A stretch of 64,000 nt of DNA from a bacterium (GCA_043756865.1 JAYUQG010000024.1:91259-155258), one strand, 5' to 3'. Positions 48,175-57,777 are shown, counted from the stretch's first letter. Made by a program: numbers and translations. Notes: generated by a model not told the origin, from the letters alone.

Positions 48175-48378
48175 ATGTCCAAACCCAAAATCACCGCACA
48201 GTCACAAGTGGTATTGGATACTTGCGCAAAAAAACTCGATGAGGCGGGGATAGAAGTCTCACACACGGAATACAAGGGAGTCTTTCATGAATTCTTTGGG
48301 ATGATAGGAGCTATCGATGAGGCGAGCGATGCCCTCGCCGAAGCAGCGAGGCGTTTGAATGTGGTATTTGGACAATAA
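48175..48378 (+). pseudogene. C-terminal fragment of an alpha/beta-hydrolase fold-3 (Aes-like) esterase
   Basis: 67 aa reading ..CAKKLDEAGIEVSHTEYKGVFHEFFGM.. matches the esterase C-terminus (..YA.RL..AGV.V....Y.G..HGF) with the catalytic His region. No N-terminal catalytic domain is present upstream. Confidence 0.5.
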
Positions 48379-48426
48379 GCAATCTTCATATTCCGGACTT
48401 TTTGCCGGAGTGTTATACTAGCTCAC

Positions 48427-48852
48427 ATGGACCAAAATTACACATTGATACTCTTGGCTACGGTCGCCCAGTTTATCTTGGGAGCGATGTGGTATTCGCC
48501 GCTTATGTTCGGGAAGTGGTGGATGGAAATCATGGAAAGCACTCATTTATCAAAAGAAGAATTGCAGAAGATACAAAAAGCAATGGCGCCATTCTATGGC
48601 CTGCAATTTTTGCTGACTGTACTCTCTACGTTTGTCCTTTCCCTGTTTATTCATTACCTTCAGATGGCGAACGTTGGTTTTTACGCATACGGCATCGCGG
48701 GGTGGGTGTGGCTCGGTTTTATAGTACCCAGCCAAGTGGCTGGTGTGGTGTGGGCGAATACAAAACAAAAATATTGGGTGAAACAAATTTTTGTGATGAC
48801 CAGCTATTCGTTGGTGGCGATGATGATTGCCGCATGGATATTGTCGCAATAG
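48427..48852 (+). CDS. DUF1761 family membrane protein
   Basis: LILLATVAQFILGAMWYSPLMFGKWW.. matches the DUF1761 N-terminal pattern. Four TM helices. Confidence 0.6.
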   Translation: MDQNYTLILLATVAQFILGAMWYSPLMFGKWWMEIMESTHLSKEELQKIQKAMAPFYGLQFLLTVLSTFVLSLFIHYLQMANVGFYAYGIAGWVWLGFIVPSQVAGVVWANTKQKYWVKQIFVMTSYSLVAMMIAAWILSQ

Positions 48853-48885
48853 TATCGCAGTAGTAGTATAAATTAAGTACTGAGT

Positions 48886-49080
48886 ATGATCGAAGAAACA
48901 GAGAATGAAGTAAGCACAGAGGCTCCACAAGAAAACAGTCGAGAACTGGGTGATTCACTTGTACCCGACGCTGGTCCCAGTCCTGTTGGCGAAGATACAA
49001 AACTGGGCAGCGGCATCCTTGTCATGGCACTTGTTGGAGTTGCGGTAATTGTGTATGTCTTGTTAATTCAGTCCAATTAA
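48886..49080 (+). CDS. Small hypothetical protein with a C-terminal TM anchor
   Basis: 64 aa. Acidic N-terminus, then a C-terminal hydrophobic helix. Confidence 0.3.
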   Translation: MIEETENEVSTEAPQENSRELGDSLVPDAGPSPVGEDTKLGSGILVMALVGVAVIVYVLLIQSN

Positions 49081-49120
49081 TGCCATCCCCAACTAATCAT
49101 CTTATAAAAAACTCCTCACT

Positions 49121-49708
49121 ATGTTACATATATATCTCGTACGACACGGCGAGGACCAAGACAATATGCACGGGGTATTGAATGGCCGCAGGGATCAATC
49201 ACTGACGTTGCGCGGTGAAGCGCAGGCTATGAGCGCTGCAAAGCAACTACGCGCACTGGATATACCTTTTGCTGTTGTATACACATCACCACTTGTGCGT
49301 GCCGTCAAAACTGCGGAAATTATTACCAATGAGCTTCGCGCGAAAAGGGCGGAGATACTCTCGGACCTTATTGAGAGAGATTTTGGAGTGATGACTGGGG
49401 AATTGGTTACACGAATTCCCGAATTGTGTGGGCCGAACATTCTCGTGACAGAAAAGAATACATATTTTCTCTCTGCAAAAAAAGCAGAGGCATTTCCTCA
49501 GATGATGACACGGGCACGCCGATTGCTAAAACGCATTGCCTTACGTACGCCGAATGGAGCGGTTATTCTGGTTACTCATGGCGATATCGGGAAGATGATT
49601 TACGCGAGTTACTACGAGTTAGACTGGAAAGAAGTGCTCGAATCGTTACATTTCGACAATTGCGATGTTCTGCTCCTTTCGCCAGATGCAGACCTCGACG
49701 AACCTTAG
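49121..49708 (+). CDS. Histidine phosphatase family protein (phosphoglycerate mutase-like)
   Basis: N-terminal LVRHGEDQDN catalytic RHG motif, and C-terminal VTHGD. Confidence 0.8.
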   Translation: MLHIYLVRHGEDQDNMHGVLNGRRDQSLTLRGEAQAMSAAKQLRALDIPFAVVYTSPLVRAVKTAEIITNELRAKRAEILSDLIERDFGVMTGELVTRIPELCGPNILVTEKNTYFLSAKKAEAFPQMMTRARRLLKRIALRTPNGAVILVTHGDIGKMIYASYYELDWKEVLESLHFDNCDVLLLSPDADLDEP

Positions 49709-49867
49709 AGCCTATCCCAGCAGGAACTTTCCTGCTGCAACACGCGATCTTCAATAAAAACACGCAAAACCTTTGTCGTCTTGTCTCGACAAGCCTTCGC
49801 AGGTTTTGCATGTTTTTATAATAAAGCTCTCGCGTTTCGCTACGGAGGTCCTACTGGGATAGGCTCT
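49707..49867. mobile_element. MITE-like 161-bp element with about 19-bp terminal inverted repeats and internal hairpins
   Basis: The left end agagcctatcccagcagga and the right end tcctactgggataggctct are a perfect 14-bp TIR that extends to about 19 bp. Internal hairpins include cagcaggaactttcctgctg and gcaaaacct..aggttttgc. No ORF. Confidence 0.45.
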
Positions 49868-49950
49868 TATGTGTTCATGCAGGAAGACCGCAATAACTAG
49901 TCCGCACATCCCGTTTCTGCTAATTGCTAAAGTGCGTATAATAGCCACAT

Positions 49951-50502
49951 ATGCAAAAAGTCACACTCAGCGCACTTGTATTCTTACTCGTGCTTTTCCC
50001 GTACTCCGCAAGCGCACACGGAGCAGGGGAGAGTATCCAAGTTGAGCACAACGGATACACGCTTTCGCTCGGTTCTGCTGCGGAATTTGTCACCGCTGCC
50101 GCCGCTGAGCGACTAAATTTGGAAATTGAGACAGTGGGCGATGAGGATTTTCAGGGATATACCGGCGTGTGGGTGCGCATCGTCGACCCAAGCGGTGAGT
50201 TTCTTTTTGCAGGAACAATCGACAAGGCACCTACGGGGCTGTTGACCGGTATGACTTTTTTCTTTCCTGTATCTGGAACATACGATATGACACTGCGATT
50301 TATGGACGATGAAAAAGTCATTGCAGAGGGACAATTCCCGCTTCCAGTCCGCGACAGCAAAGTCTCAGCTGGGGGCACAAAAGAGAATGGGGAAAGTGGT
50401 AAGATGCTGCCGTTGTATTTTTTTGTTTCTGGTTTGGGGGGTCTCATCATCGGACTACTGTTTGCCGTGCGGTTACGCAAGTCAGCACTTACACAAAAGT
50501 AA
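49951..50502 (+). CDS. Secreted membrane-anchored hypothetical protein (N-terminal His straight after the predicted signal cleavage site)
   Basis: Signal peptide ..FPYSASA followed by HGAGES. C-terminal TM anchor. Adjacent to the DUF411 gene. Confidence 0.45.
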   Translation: MQKVTLSALVFLLVLFPYSASAHGAGESIQVEHNGYTLSLGSAAEFVTAAAAERLNLEIETVGDEDFQGYTGVWVRIVDPSGEFLFAGTIDKAPTGLLTGMTFFFPVSGTYDMTLRFMDDEKVIAEGQFPLPVRDSKVSAGGTKENGESGKMLPLYFFVSGLGGLIIGLLFAVRLRKSALTQK

Positions 50503-50510
50503 TTTCTATC

Positions 50511-51212
50511 ATGATTATTCAACGATACTTTTTCGCCCTCATGAGTGTGGTTTGTGTCAGCGTCCCGAGCGCCGTGTTTGCGCACGGTGGCGAGCATCCC
50601 ATGATGATGACTGAGCCACGGTACGCAGCCTACCTCTTGCCGGCGAGCGCCATCTTTGCGGGGTGCATTATTGGCGGGCTTTTGTTTGCGAAAACTCGTT
50701 CAAAAAAAGATGCCGGTATGCTCGGCCTTATCTCCGCACTTGTTGTGTTGATAGTCAGTCCGATGGTGTTCCCGCAATTGGGTAGTACGCCACATGACAT
50801 GAGCACTATGGCACCGATCGGAATGACTCCTGTGGGACAAATACTGTTGGGGTCTACTGCGACCGTGTATCGTTCACCTGGATGCGGTTGCTGTGGAGGA
50901 TATATAGAGGAGCTTAAGGCTGCGGGGGCTGCCGTCACCGAGACACAAGTGACGGATGCGGAGCTGGCTCTATTAAAACAGAAGCATAACGTTCCAAATG
51001 AGTTATATAGTTGCCACACAAGCATCATTGACGGATACGTCGTTGAGGGTCATGTGCCTTTTGAGGCAGTCGCCAAACTCTTGAAAGAGAAACCTACTAT
51101 ATCAGGAATCGCACTCCCGGGGATGCCGATTGGAACACCCGGGATGCCGGGCACGAAGACGAAACCCTTTGAAATTAAAACACTTTCAGGGGAAGAGTTC
51201 ATGAATCTTTAA
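50511..51212 (+). CDS. DUF411 (copper-resistance-associated metal-binding) domain protein with an N-terminal Met-rich segment
   Basis: The C-terminus YRSPGCGCCGGYIEELKAAG..SCHTSIIDGYVVEGHVP..ALPGMPIGTPGM matches the DUF411 pattern. N-terminus reads AHGGEHPMMM. Confidence 0.6.
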   Translation: MIIQRYFFALMSVVCVSVPSAVFAHGGEHPMMMTEPRYAAYLLPASAIFAGCIIGGLLFAKTRSKKDAGMLGLISALVVLIVSPMVFPQLGSTPHDMSTMAPIGMTPVGQILLGSTATVYRSPGCGCCGGYIEELKAAGAAVTETQVTDAELALLKQKHNVPNELYSCHTSIIDGYVVEGHVPFEAVAKLLKEKPTISGIALPGMPIGTPGMPGTKTKPFEIKTLSGEEFMNL

Positions 51213-51261
51213 TTAAATAGGTTCGTTCAGGGCACGGTATTCAAATGCTATAATAAGTTTA

Positions 51262-52467
51262 ATGAAAAAAATCCTCCTTATCCTTGTGGGAATAGTGCTC
51301 CTCGTTCTCCTTGGGGCCGCACTCTTTGTTTGGTACACCTACGGCAGTATTAATGTTCCTCGCAAGAGTGGCACTCCCGCCACCGCAGGAGCATTCACTG
51401 TCCCAGCAGGTTTTGCGTTCACGGAATTTTCGGGTGACGTGCCTCACGCACGCACGATGGCTATTGCACCGCGGGGAGTGCTTATTGTGGCGCAACCAGC
51501 AGAGGGGATTATTTCCGCACTTCCAGATGCGGACGGAAACCACAAGGCGGAAACACCGGTCATCGTTGTGGAAGGACTTAATCATCCGCATGGCCTCGCG
51601 TTTCGTTGTGTAAATATTGAAACACCTGACGTGTGCAACCTCTATGTAGCCGAACACGATGCACTGAGTGTGTTTACGTACGACGCAGCAACTATGCGTG
51701 CAACAAACAAACAGCATCTCCTCGACCTTCCTGTGTCGAAAGCAATAGGTGCACACAAAACACGTTCGCTCCTTTTTCTTCCGTCACCAAATGAGGATGA
51801 ACTCCTCATTGCGCTCGGCTCCACATGCAATGTGTGCGAAGAAGATGACGAACGTTTTGCGGCGGTGCTTAAATACAACATCAAATCAAAGAAAGTGGAG
51901 CAGTATGCGTCGGGACTCCGAAATGCAGTATATATGACACTCCACCCCGTCACTGGGGCAGTGTGGGCTACTGAGATGGGACGCGATGGGTTGGGTGACG
52001 ACTTGCCTCCAGACGAAGTAAATATTGTGCAGGAAGGTGCATGGTATGGATGGCCGTGGTTTTATGGAAAAAATACTGAGGACATGACGTTTCATCCGAA
52101 TATGCGCCCAAGCTTTGGGCAAATGGCAGCAGAAAGTCTTGTTGATATTCCTGCACACTCCGCACCCCTTGGCATCGGGTTTATACCAGAGGAAGGCTGG
52201 CCTGAGGAATATTGGTTTAATGCGCTTGTGGCTTACCATGGGTCGTGGAATAGAAGTACTCCAACGGGATACAAGGTTGTGCGCATGATGTTTGATCAAG
52301 CGGGAACATACAAGGGTGAAGTAGATTTTATTACCGGTTGGTTGGGTGCTGACGGAAAAACTATTGGCAGGCCCGCTGATGTGCTTGTGCTTTCAGGGGG
52401 CACAATGTATGTGTCCGACGACCAAGCAGGGAAGGTATACGTCCTCACGAACGCTCGAGGAGAGTAA
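51262..52467 (+). CDS. PQQ-dependent sugar dehydrogenase (soluble aldose/sorbosone dehydrogenase-like beta-propeller)
   Basis: LNHPHGLAF.., GLRNAVYMTLHPVTGAVWATEMGRDGLGDDLPPDEVN..GAWYGWPWFYG, GGTMYVSDDQAGKVY. Confidence 0.7.
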   Translation: MKKILLILVGIVLLVLLGAALFVWYTYGSINVPRKSGTPATAGAFTVPAGFAFTEFSGDVPHARTMAIAPRGVLIVAQPAEGIISALPDADGNHKAETPVIVVEGLNHPHGLAFRCVNIETPDVCNLYVAEHDALSVFTYDAATMRATNKQHLLDLPVSKAIGAHKTRSLLFLPSPNEDELLIALGSTCNVCEEDDERFAAVLKYNIKSKKVEQYASGLRNAVYMTLHPVTGAVWATEMGRDGLGDDLPPDEVNIVQEGAWYGWPWFYGKNTEDMTFHPNMRPSFGQMAAESLVDIPAHSAPLGIGFIPEEGWPEEYWFNALVAYHGSWNRSTPTGYKVVRMMFDQAGTYKGEVDFITGWLGADGKTIGRPADVLVLSGGTMYVSDDQAGKVYVLTNARGE

Positions 52468-52514
52468 TCGTATCCTGTATTGTCATCCGATACGAGACTG
52501 GTAACATAGAACGT

Positions 52515-53858
52515 ATGCACAAAGCCTTCACCTGCGTACTTGGCGTGTTCGTACTATTCTCAGGAACAGTGGTTTATGCACAAGCAGGAGACGGTACTTC
52601 GGGAGGACTCCCTCCTCGCGATTCTTCGGCAGCAACAACTTCAACGGGACAAACGTCACCGACGGGCGACCCCAAACCCGATACTACCCCTTCTCCCGCG
52701 CCCGCAAGCAGCACGCCCCCTTTAGCTGTAGCATCTTCCACCGCTTCCACCCCACCGAGTACTCCCACCGGAAATGCTGTGGCCACCACCTCACCAGCGA
52801 CATTCCCAGTAACGCAAGAGGCACTTCCTGACCCCCAAGTATTCCCCCCGTTCATAGCGCCAATCAGTCACCCTTCTCCTCTCGACCCTCTTGAAGCGAA
52901 CACGGGGGAAAACATCAGCATGTTGCTTTCAATTGTTCTCGCAGGAGCCACTTTTTCGTTGATCGGCGGAGTTCTCGTTGCTGCACGAGCAAAAAAGAAA
53001 ATACCCAAAAGCGACCCATGTGGTGCATTACAAAAAAAGCTCGAACTTGCGCAGTCCGCGCACGAAATGGTTACGGAGCGCATCAGCATGCAGGAGCGAA
53101 TTATTACGCAACTAGAGCGTTCGATAGTTGAAGTGAGAGACGCACTCAAAGGAAAGATACAGGCACAGGTGCGACATGTCGCAGTCAAGATGACGACAGA
53201 AATATTGGAAGCAGAAAAAAGTGGAATACTGGAAGAGTCACTCGCCCTCGCAGGAGAAGCCAAAGTGGCATATGAGCAACTCTCAAAGCGATATAAGCAG
53301 GCGAAAGAATTGATGGAAATACTACAGGCGCGAGCGCATGGACTTTCCAACGAGGTCCGCGAACAGCAAGCACTACTGCAGATTTGCCAAGATGGTGTTG
53401 CTGCACTCACCACGAATCAAGGTGGCGGAGAAAAAATCGCAACTATCGGACACGTGCCCGAAGAAAAAACCATTCTGGTTGACGCGATTGATGCATTTGT
53501 AACCGACGAGGGCATTTTCCGCGAAATGTATGACCTACTCGAGACATACCCACACAGGAAAATTCTACTGACGGGTGCAAATGACGAGCAATGTGCAAAG
53601 TTCAGTTTAGGACTGATGCCCTATGAAGTGTTTACGCAGAAGCACAATCCGGAAAAGACCGACCCCCAATATTATGAACTTATGCTCCGCAATTTTGGTT
53701 TATCGAAAGACGATGTCATTTATTTTGAGCACAACGAGCAGGCCGCGCAAAGCGCAATATCGGTGGGGATTCCGACGTATCATTACGACAGCGCAACCCG
53801 AGACCTGCAATCACTGAAGCAATTTCTTGACACACAGTTAACTTCTCCAATTTTATGA
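52515..53858 (+). CDS. Membrane-anchored protein with a Pro/Thr/Ser-rich low-complexity region, a coiled coil, and a C-terminal HAD-like (possibly degenerate) domain
   Basis: Signal peptide, PT-rich tract (TTPSPAPASSTPPLAV..), TM helix, then QERIITQLERSIVEVRD.. coiled coil. C-terminus ..VIYFEHNEQAAQSAISVGIPT resembles HAD motif III. Confidence 0.45.
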   Translation: MHKAFTCVLGVFVLFSGTVVYAQAGDGTSGGLPPRDSSAATTSTGQTSPTGDPKPDTTPSPAPASSTPPLAVASSTASTPPSTPTGNAVATTSPATFPVTQEALPDPQVFPPFIAPISHPSPLDPLEANTGENISMLLSIVLAGATFSLIGGVLVAARAKKKIPKSDPCGALQKKLELAQSAHEMVTERISMQERIITQLERSIVEVRDALKGKIQAQVRHVAVKMTTEILEAEKSGILEESLALAGEAKVAYEQLSKRYKQAKELMEILQARAHGLSNEVREQQALLQICQDGVAALTTNQGGGEKIATIGHVPEEKTILVDAIDAFVTDEGIFREMYDLLETYPHRKILLTGANDEQCAKFSLGLMPYEVFTQKHNPEKTDPQYYELMLRNFGLSKDDVIYFEHNEQAAQSAISVGIPTYHYDSATRDLQSLKQFLDTQLTSPIL

Positions 53859-54040
53859 AAGATGTAGTTGTTATTTTGGGTGTGGAATAAATGTGGACGG
53901 CTCATTGCCTGAGTTGCCTCGGCGATGCGTCGACAAAGGAATTAGCTTCTGTAATGCCCATGACACTGCTAATATGATTAACATCAGGTACCATAAGAAG
54001 GGCGTTCTCGCTTGGTGAGCAGAGTGTTACCATAAGACAT

Positions 54041-54334
54041 ATGACAAACAGCGCAACCAATAACGCACCCACCGTCTCCATTCAAAAGCTCTCTGACGCA
54101 GAGCTTCGCGAGCGGGGAGTTTTCAATTGGGAGATATGGGAGAAAGAGGTCTCCGAATTTGCATATCATTACGACTCGGAAGAGCAATGTTATTTTCTTG
54201 CTGGGGATGTGGTGGTGACCACTGAGGAGGCAACGTATGCATTCGGAAAAGGAGATTTTGTGGTGTTCCCCAAAGGACTTTCCTGCACTTGGCACATTCG
54301 CGAGGCGGTACGCAAGCACTATCGCTTTGTGTAG
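54041..54334 (+). CDS. Cupin domain protein
   Basis: 97 aa reading ..GDVVVTTEEATYAFGKGDFVVFPKGLSCTWHI.. matches the cupin_3-like pattern. Confidence 0.65.
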   Translation: MTNSATNNAPTVSIQKLSDAELRERGVFNWEIWEKEVSEFAYHYDSEEQCYFLAGDVVVTTEEATYAFGKGDFVVFPKGLSCTWHIREAVRKHYRFV

Positions 54335-54413
54335 CACACCCCATCTCCTAGGCCACTTTACGCTCGGGCGGTACAATACTATACATCATTACATAAGCGT
54401 ACTGTCCCAATCT

Positions 54414-55307
54414 GTGAATAAACAATATCTTATTTTTGGAGCAATCGGCGTAATCGTGCTCGCCACAGGGGGATTCCTGTTGATGCAAAAGGGAAACGCT
54501 ACGGGTGGAGTTGCTAATTCGGTGACGCAGGGCATGGCAAAGCTTTTTAATGCAGAGTGTCGATATAATGACGCCGAGCTGTGTAAGTTTATGAATGACT
54601 GGGAAATGCCCACAGAGTATGCGATGCGCTTGACCATGACTTCAAAGGGCGGGCCCAAAACAGAATTTGAAAGCATAATAAAGGGTGAGGATTCCCACAC
54701 TACTATGAAGGAATCGGGGAAGGTAATCCAAGAGTTGATTACGCTATCAGGAGTCGACTACATCAAAGACTTGAGTGATGGGAAGTGGTGGAAGGTTCCC
54801 AAGGAAAAGGCGACGGAGACACCAGCTGAAGACATGATAGAGGTGGACTATGACTTTACTGAGAAAATGCAAGAAGTGGAGGACAAGACAACATATGTAC
54901 GTATTGGAATGGACGCGTGCGGATCTGCCCAGTGTTACAAATATGAGGTGGTTGATCCCGCAAACAAAACATTAAAAGAATTTATTTGGTTCGATGACGA
55001 AGACTACCTCATGCGCAAGAAGCGCTCTGAGGAGATTGGCGGAGAAATGTCTGTGTCGGAAGTTGAGAACACATACGGCAACATGACTATTGTGACGCCT
55101 GCCCCAGTGAAGGAAGGCACCGCACTTGATGTGTATGGTGCATCTTCCGGCATGAGCAAGGCAGAGATTGAACAAATGAAGAAAGACCAAGTTGAGGCTG
55201 AAAAAGAAGCTGCCTCGTATATGAAAATGATGAACAATCCAAGCGCGAGTGGAGATATGCAAATGCAGTGGGGTACATCGCCTGACATGCCTCAGGATGC
55301 TCCTTAG
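54414..55307 (+). CDS. Hypothetical membrane-anchored protein
   Basis: The long ORF from 54237 overlaps the cupin gene. A GTG at 54414 gives N-terminal TM YLIFGAIGVIVLATGGFLLM followed by a soluble domain. The start codon is uncertain. Confidence 0.4.
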   Translation: MNKQYLIFGAIGVIVLATGGFLLMQKGNATGGVANSVTQGMAKLFNAECRYNDAELCKFMNDWEMPTEYAMRLTMTSKGGPKTEFESIIKGEDSHTTMKESGKVIQELITLSGVDYIKDLSDGKWWKVPKEKATETPAEDMIEVDYDFTEKMQEVEDKTTYVRIGMDACGSAQCYKYEVVDPANKTLKEFIWFDDEDYLMRKKRSEEIGGEMSVSEVENTYGNMTIVTPAPVKEGTALDVYGASSGMSKAEIEQMKKDQVEAEKEAASYMKMMNNPSASGDMQMQWGTSPDMPQDAP

Positions 55308-55443
55308 CAGGAGATGGCCTACTGGGGGAGTGGGAGCACGAGGTTATGTAAATGCGAAATACGAAAAAGTCGCAAGTGTTCCGTGCTCCTTGCCCGATTC
55401 CTTGCCGGTCTATATGCTTTGAGTAGAAGTTAACGGAGTATCC

Positions 55444-56041
55444 ATGAACATTATTCTTTCTAGTCGGAACAAAAGCAAAATTCTCCAAATTAAAGCCGCC
55501 CTGGACGGCCTCGGGGTAGATGTCCTCTCACTTGAAGACGCGGGCATCGTAGGCGAGGCTGTCGAGGATGGGACAACACTTCATGAGAATGCACTCAAAA
55601 AGGCGCTTTTCGCTCACCAACAAACAGGGGGGGTGGGTAGTTGCCGAGGACACTGGTTTCTTCATTGACGCCTTGGGTGGCAGGCCCGGTATTTATGCCG
55701 CACGGTGGGCTGGTGATGGGCTTACAACCGAAGAAATTATGCACTACACACTTCGTGAACTGAAAGACATTCCTGAAGAAGCCCGCACGGCAACATTCAC
55801 CACCGTCGCGGTACTCGTATCTCCCGAAGGAGTTGTTTCTGTCTTTACAGGTTCGGTTCTCGGAAGTCTGCTCACAAGTCCACGGACGGAATGTCAACCG
55901 AATATGCCGTACAGCGCACTATTTATGCCGAGTGGCACGAACAAAGTTTGGGCGGAAATGGAAGTCGCAGAAGAGAACGCCATTAGTCACCGTGGTAAAG
56001 CGTTTCGTCAGGTACGCGACTACCTGAGTGAGATACTCTAG
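55444..56041 (+). pseudogene. rdgB: rdgB/HAM1-family non-canonical purine NTP pyrophosphatase, frameshifted at a poly-G(7) tract (or a sequencing error)
   Basis: Frame 1 covers 55444-55668 and reads MNIILSSRNKSKILQ..ENALKKALFAHQQTGG. Frame 2 covers 55568-56041 and reads ..VVAEDTGFFIDALGGRPGIYAARWAG..ISHRGKAF. Deleting one g from ggggggg at about 55624-55630 restores a single ORF. Confidence 0.75.
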
Positions 56042-56175
56042 CGCTCAAAAGACATGCGAATGCATGTCTGTTTATTTACAGACGCGATAGCCGTGGAGTA
56101 CAATCAGCACACGAGTATCCACCTCAAATAATCACAGCAAGGTCATTTCCTTTTTCTTCACGTACTACCCGAATT

Positions 56176-56652
56176 ATGAAAACTACGAGCACAACACAGC
56201 GTATTACCGTATTTTTCCTGCGCATATGCTTGGGGTGGTTTATGTTTTTTGCTGGTTTTGAGAAGGTGCTTGACCCCGCATGGACTGCCAAGGGCTTTCT
56301 TCTCGGTGCTAAAACTTTTCCTGACTTTTATGTGTGGTTCGCACTCCCCGCAAATACGTGGTGGGTAGATCCCCTAAATGCATGGGGGATACTTTTGGTT
56401 GGAGTTGCACTCCTCTTGGGACTAGGGGTGCGGCTTGCCTCATTGTGTGGCGCAGCACTCATGACCCTCTACTACTTCCCGCAAATTACGTTTCCGTATG
56501 TCCCGCATGGCTATATCGTCGACGACCATATTATCTACGCAGCGGCATTCATTTTTCTTGCGTTACTTCCACATAAAGAACATTTTGGTATCGGCAACGT
56601 CCTGCGCCGCACCCGCCTCGGACGTGTTCCCGTGGTTCGCTCACTCCTCTGA
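56176..56652 (+). CDS. DoxX family membrane protein
   Basis: FLRICLGWFMFFAGFEKVLDP.. is DoxX-like. Four TM helices. Confidence 0.6.
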   Translation: MKTTSTTQRITVFFLRICLGWFMFFAGFEKVLDPAWTAKGFLLGAKTFPDFYVWFALPANTWWVDPLNAWGILLVGVALLLGLGVRLASLCGAALMTLYYFPQITFPYVPHGYIVDDHIIYAAAFIFLALLPHKEHFGIGNVLRRTRLGRVPVVRSLL

Positions 56653-56847
56653 TTGAGCCGCTGTGTGTATTTCACGCTCTTTTGTGGATTTCCGCGACGC
56701 AAAAACCTCACTTTGAGGTCGCGCGCACCTCGATAATAGTCAAGAAAGACAAGCCCGTTTTAAATATGTCCCAAAAGGAGGGGGGTGCTTGACCTGAGGC
56801 CACAGGACTCTGTTTAAACCTATTTTCCTAGCCAGAGCCCTGTAGGG

Positions 56848-56862
56848 TGGTATAATGGATGG
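56848..56862 (+). promoter_or_regulatory. Extended -10 promoter element (TGgTATAAT) upstream of the SWIB gene
   Basis: gggtggtataatgg lies about 25 nt upstream of the ATG at 56885. Confidence 0.45.
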
Positions 56863-56884
56863 ATTAATTAAACATCAGTAAAAC

Positions 56885-57175
56885 ATGCCAACAGCAAAAC
56901 CAGCAGCAAAAGCAAAACCAGCTGCAAAAGCAAATTCCGCGTTTATGAAACCGCTTGCAGTGAGCGAAGAACTCGCCGCAGTGGTCGGAACGGGCCCGCT
57001 GCCTCGCTCAGAAGTCGTCAAGAAACTCTGGGTGTATATCAAGAAGCATGATCTTCAGGATCCAAAAAACAAGCGCAATATCATCGCTGACGTCAATCTC
57101 CTCCCTGTATTTGGTGGAAAGGATGTGGTCAACATGTTTGAAATGACGAAACTCGTTTCAAAACATCTCTCATAA
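56885..57175 (+). CDS. SWIB/MDM2 domain protein
   Basis: N-terminus is a Lys/Ala-rich tail. ..LAVSEELAAVVGTGPLPRSEVVKKLWVYIKKHDLQDPKNKRNIIADVNLLPVFGG..MFEMTKLVSKHL matches the SWIB pattern. Confidence 0.75.
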   Translation: MPTAKPAAKAKPAAKANSAFMKPLAVSEELAAVVGTGPLPRSEVVKKLWVYIKKHDLQDPKNKRNIIADVNLLPVFGGKDVVNMFEMTKLVSKHLS

Positions 57176-57243
57176 TTGCCATCTTACGGTAATGCACAAA
57201 TTGCTCCAATTGGAGCGATTTTTGTTACGCCTCGTTGGCGCAG

Positions 57244-57777
57244 ATGTTGTGTTACCATGAATTTATGAAGGAAAAGGTGTTTATTGTTGACTATGCATCC
57301 GGATTTCTTCCTGAGATTTGTGCCCCAGACCACATCTCGGTTGCGCGCACTCAAGCTGCACTTCGTGCCTTCCACGCATACCCCAATGCGAAGATTGTGC
57401 TTGGGGCGGGCCTTCGTGAGCGCACTATGGGTTGCGGTCCGCTTGCAGAAATGATGCATACCGCTCTCACTCTGCAGGGGATACCCGAGGATGCTATTTT
57501 AGAGAACGCACTTGGGCACGATACACTTTCGGAAACCGAAGCTGCATATGCGGTCATCGTGAAACAGGGAGGGGGAACAATAGTCTGTGCAACCTCGCGC
57601 TATCACATGCGCCGCGTGTGGTGTTTGTGGTTTTTTCGTTTCGGAATTACTCCAAAAATGTTCCCCGCGGAGATTCGTCCCAGTAGTCAAGAGCAATTTC
57701 GCGAGTATTGCAAGCTCCCTGTTGATTGTCTACGTGCATTAATCCATCGATTCACCAATGAAACCTCAAGCCAATAA
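57244..57777 (+). CDS. YdcF/DUF218 family protein
   Basis: ..IVLGAGLRER..LTLQGIPEDAILENALGHDTLSETEAAYAVI..CATSRYHMRRV.. is DUF218-like. Confidence 0.5.
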   Translation: MLCYHEFMKEKVFIVDYASGFLPEICAPDHISVARTQAALRAFHAYPNAKIVLGAGLRERTMGCGPLAEMMHTALTLQGIPEDAILENALGHDTLSETEAAYAVIVKQGGGTIVCATSRYHMRRVWCLWFFRFGITPKMFPAEIRPSSQEQFREYCKLPVDCLRALIHRFTNETSSQ

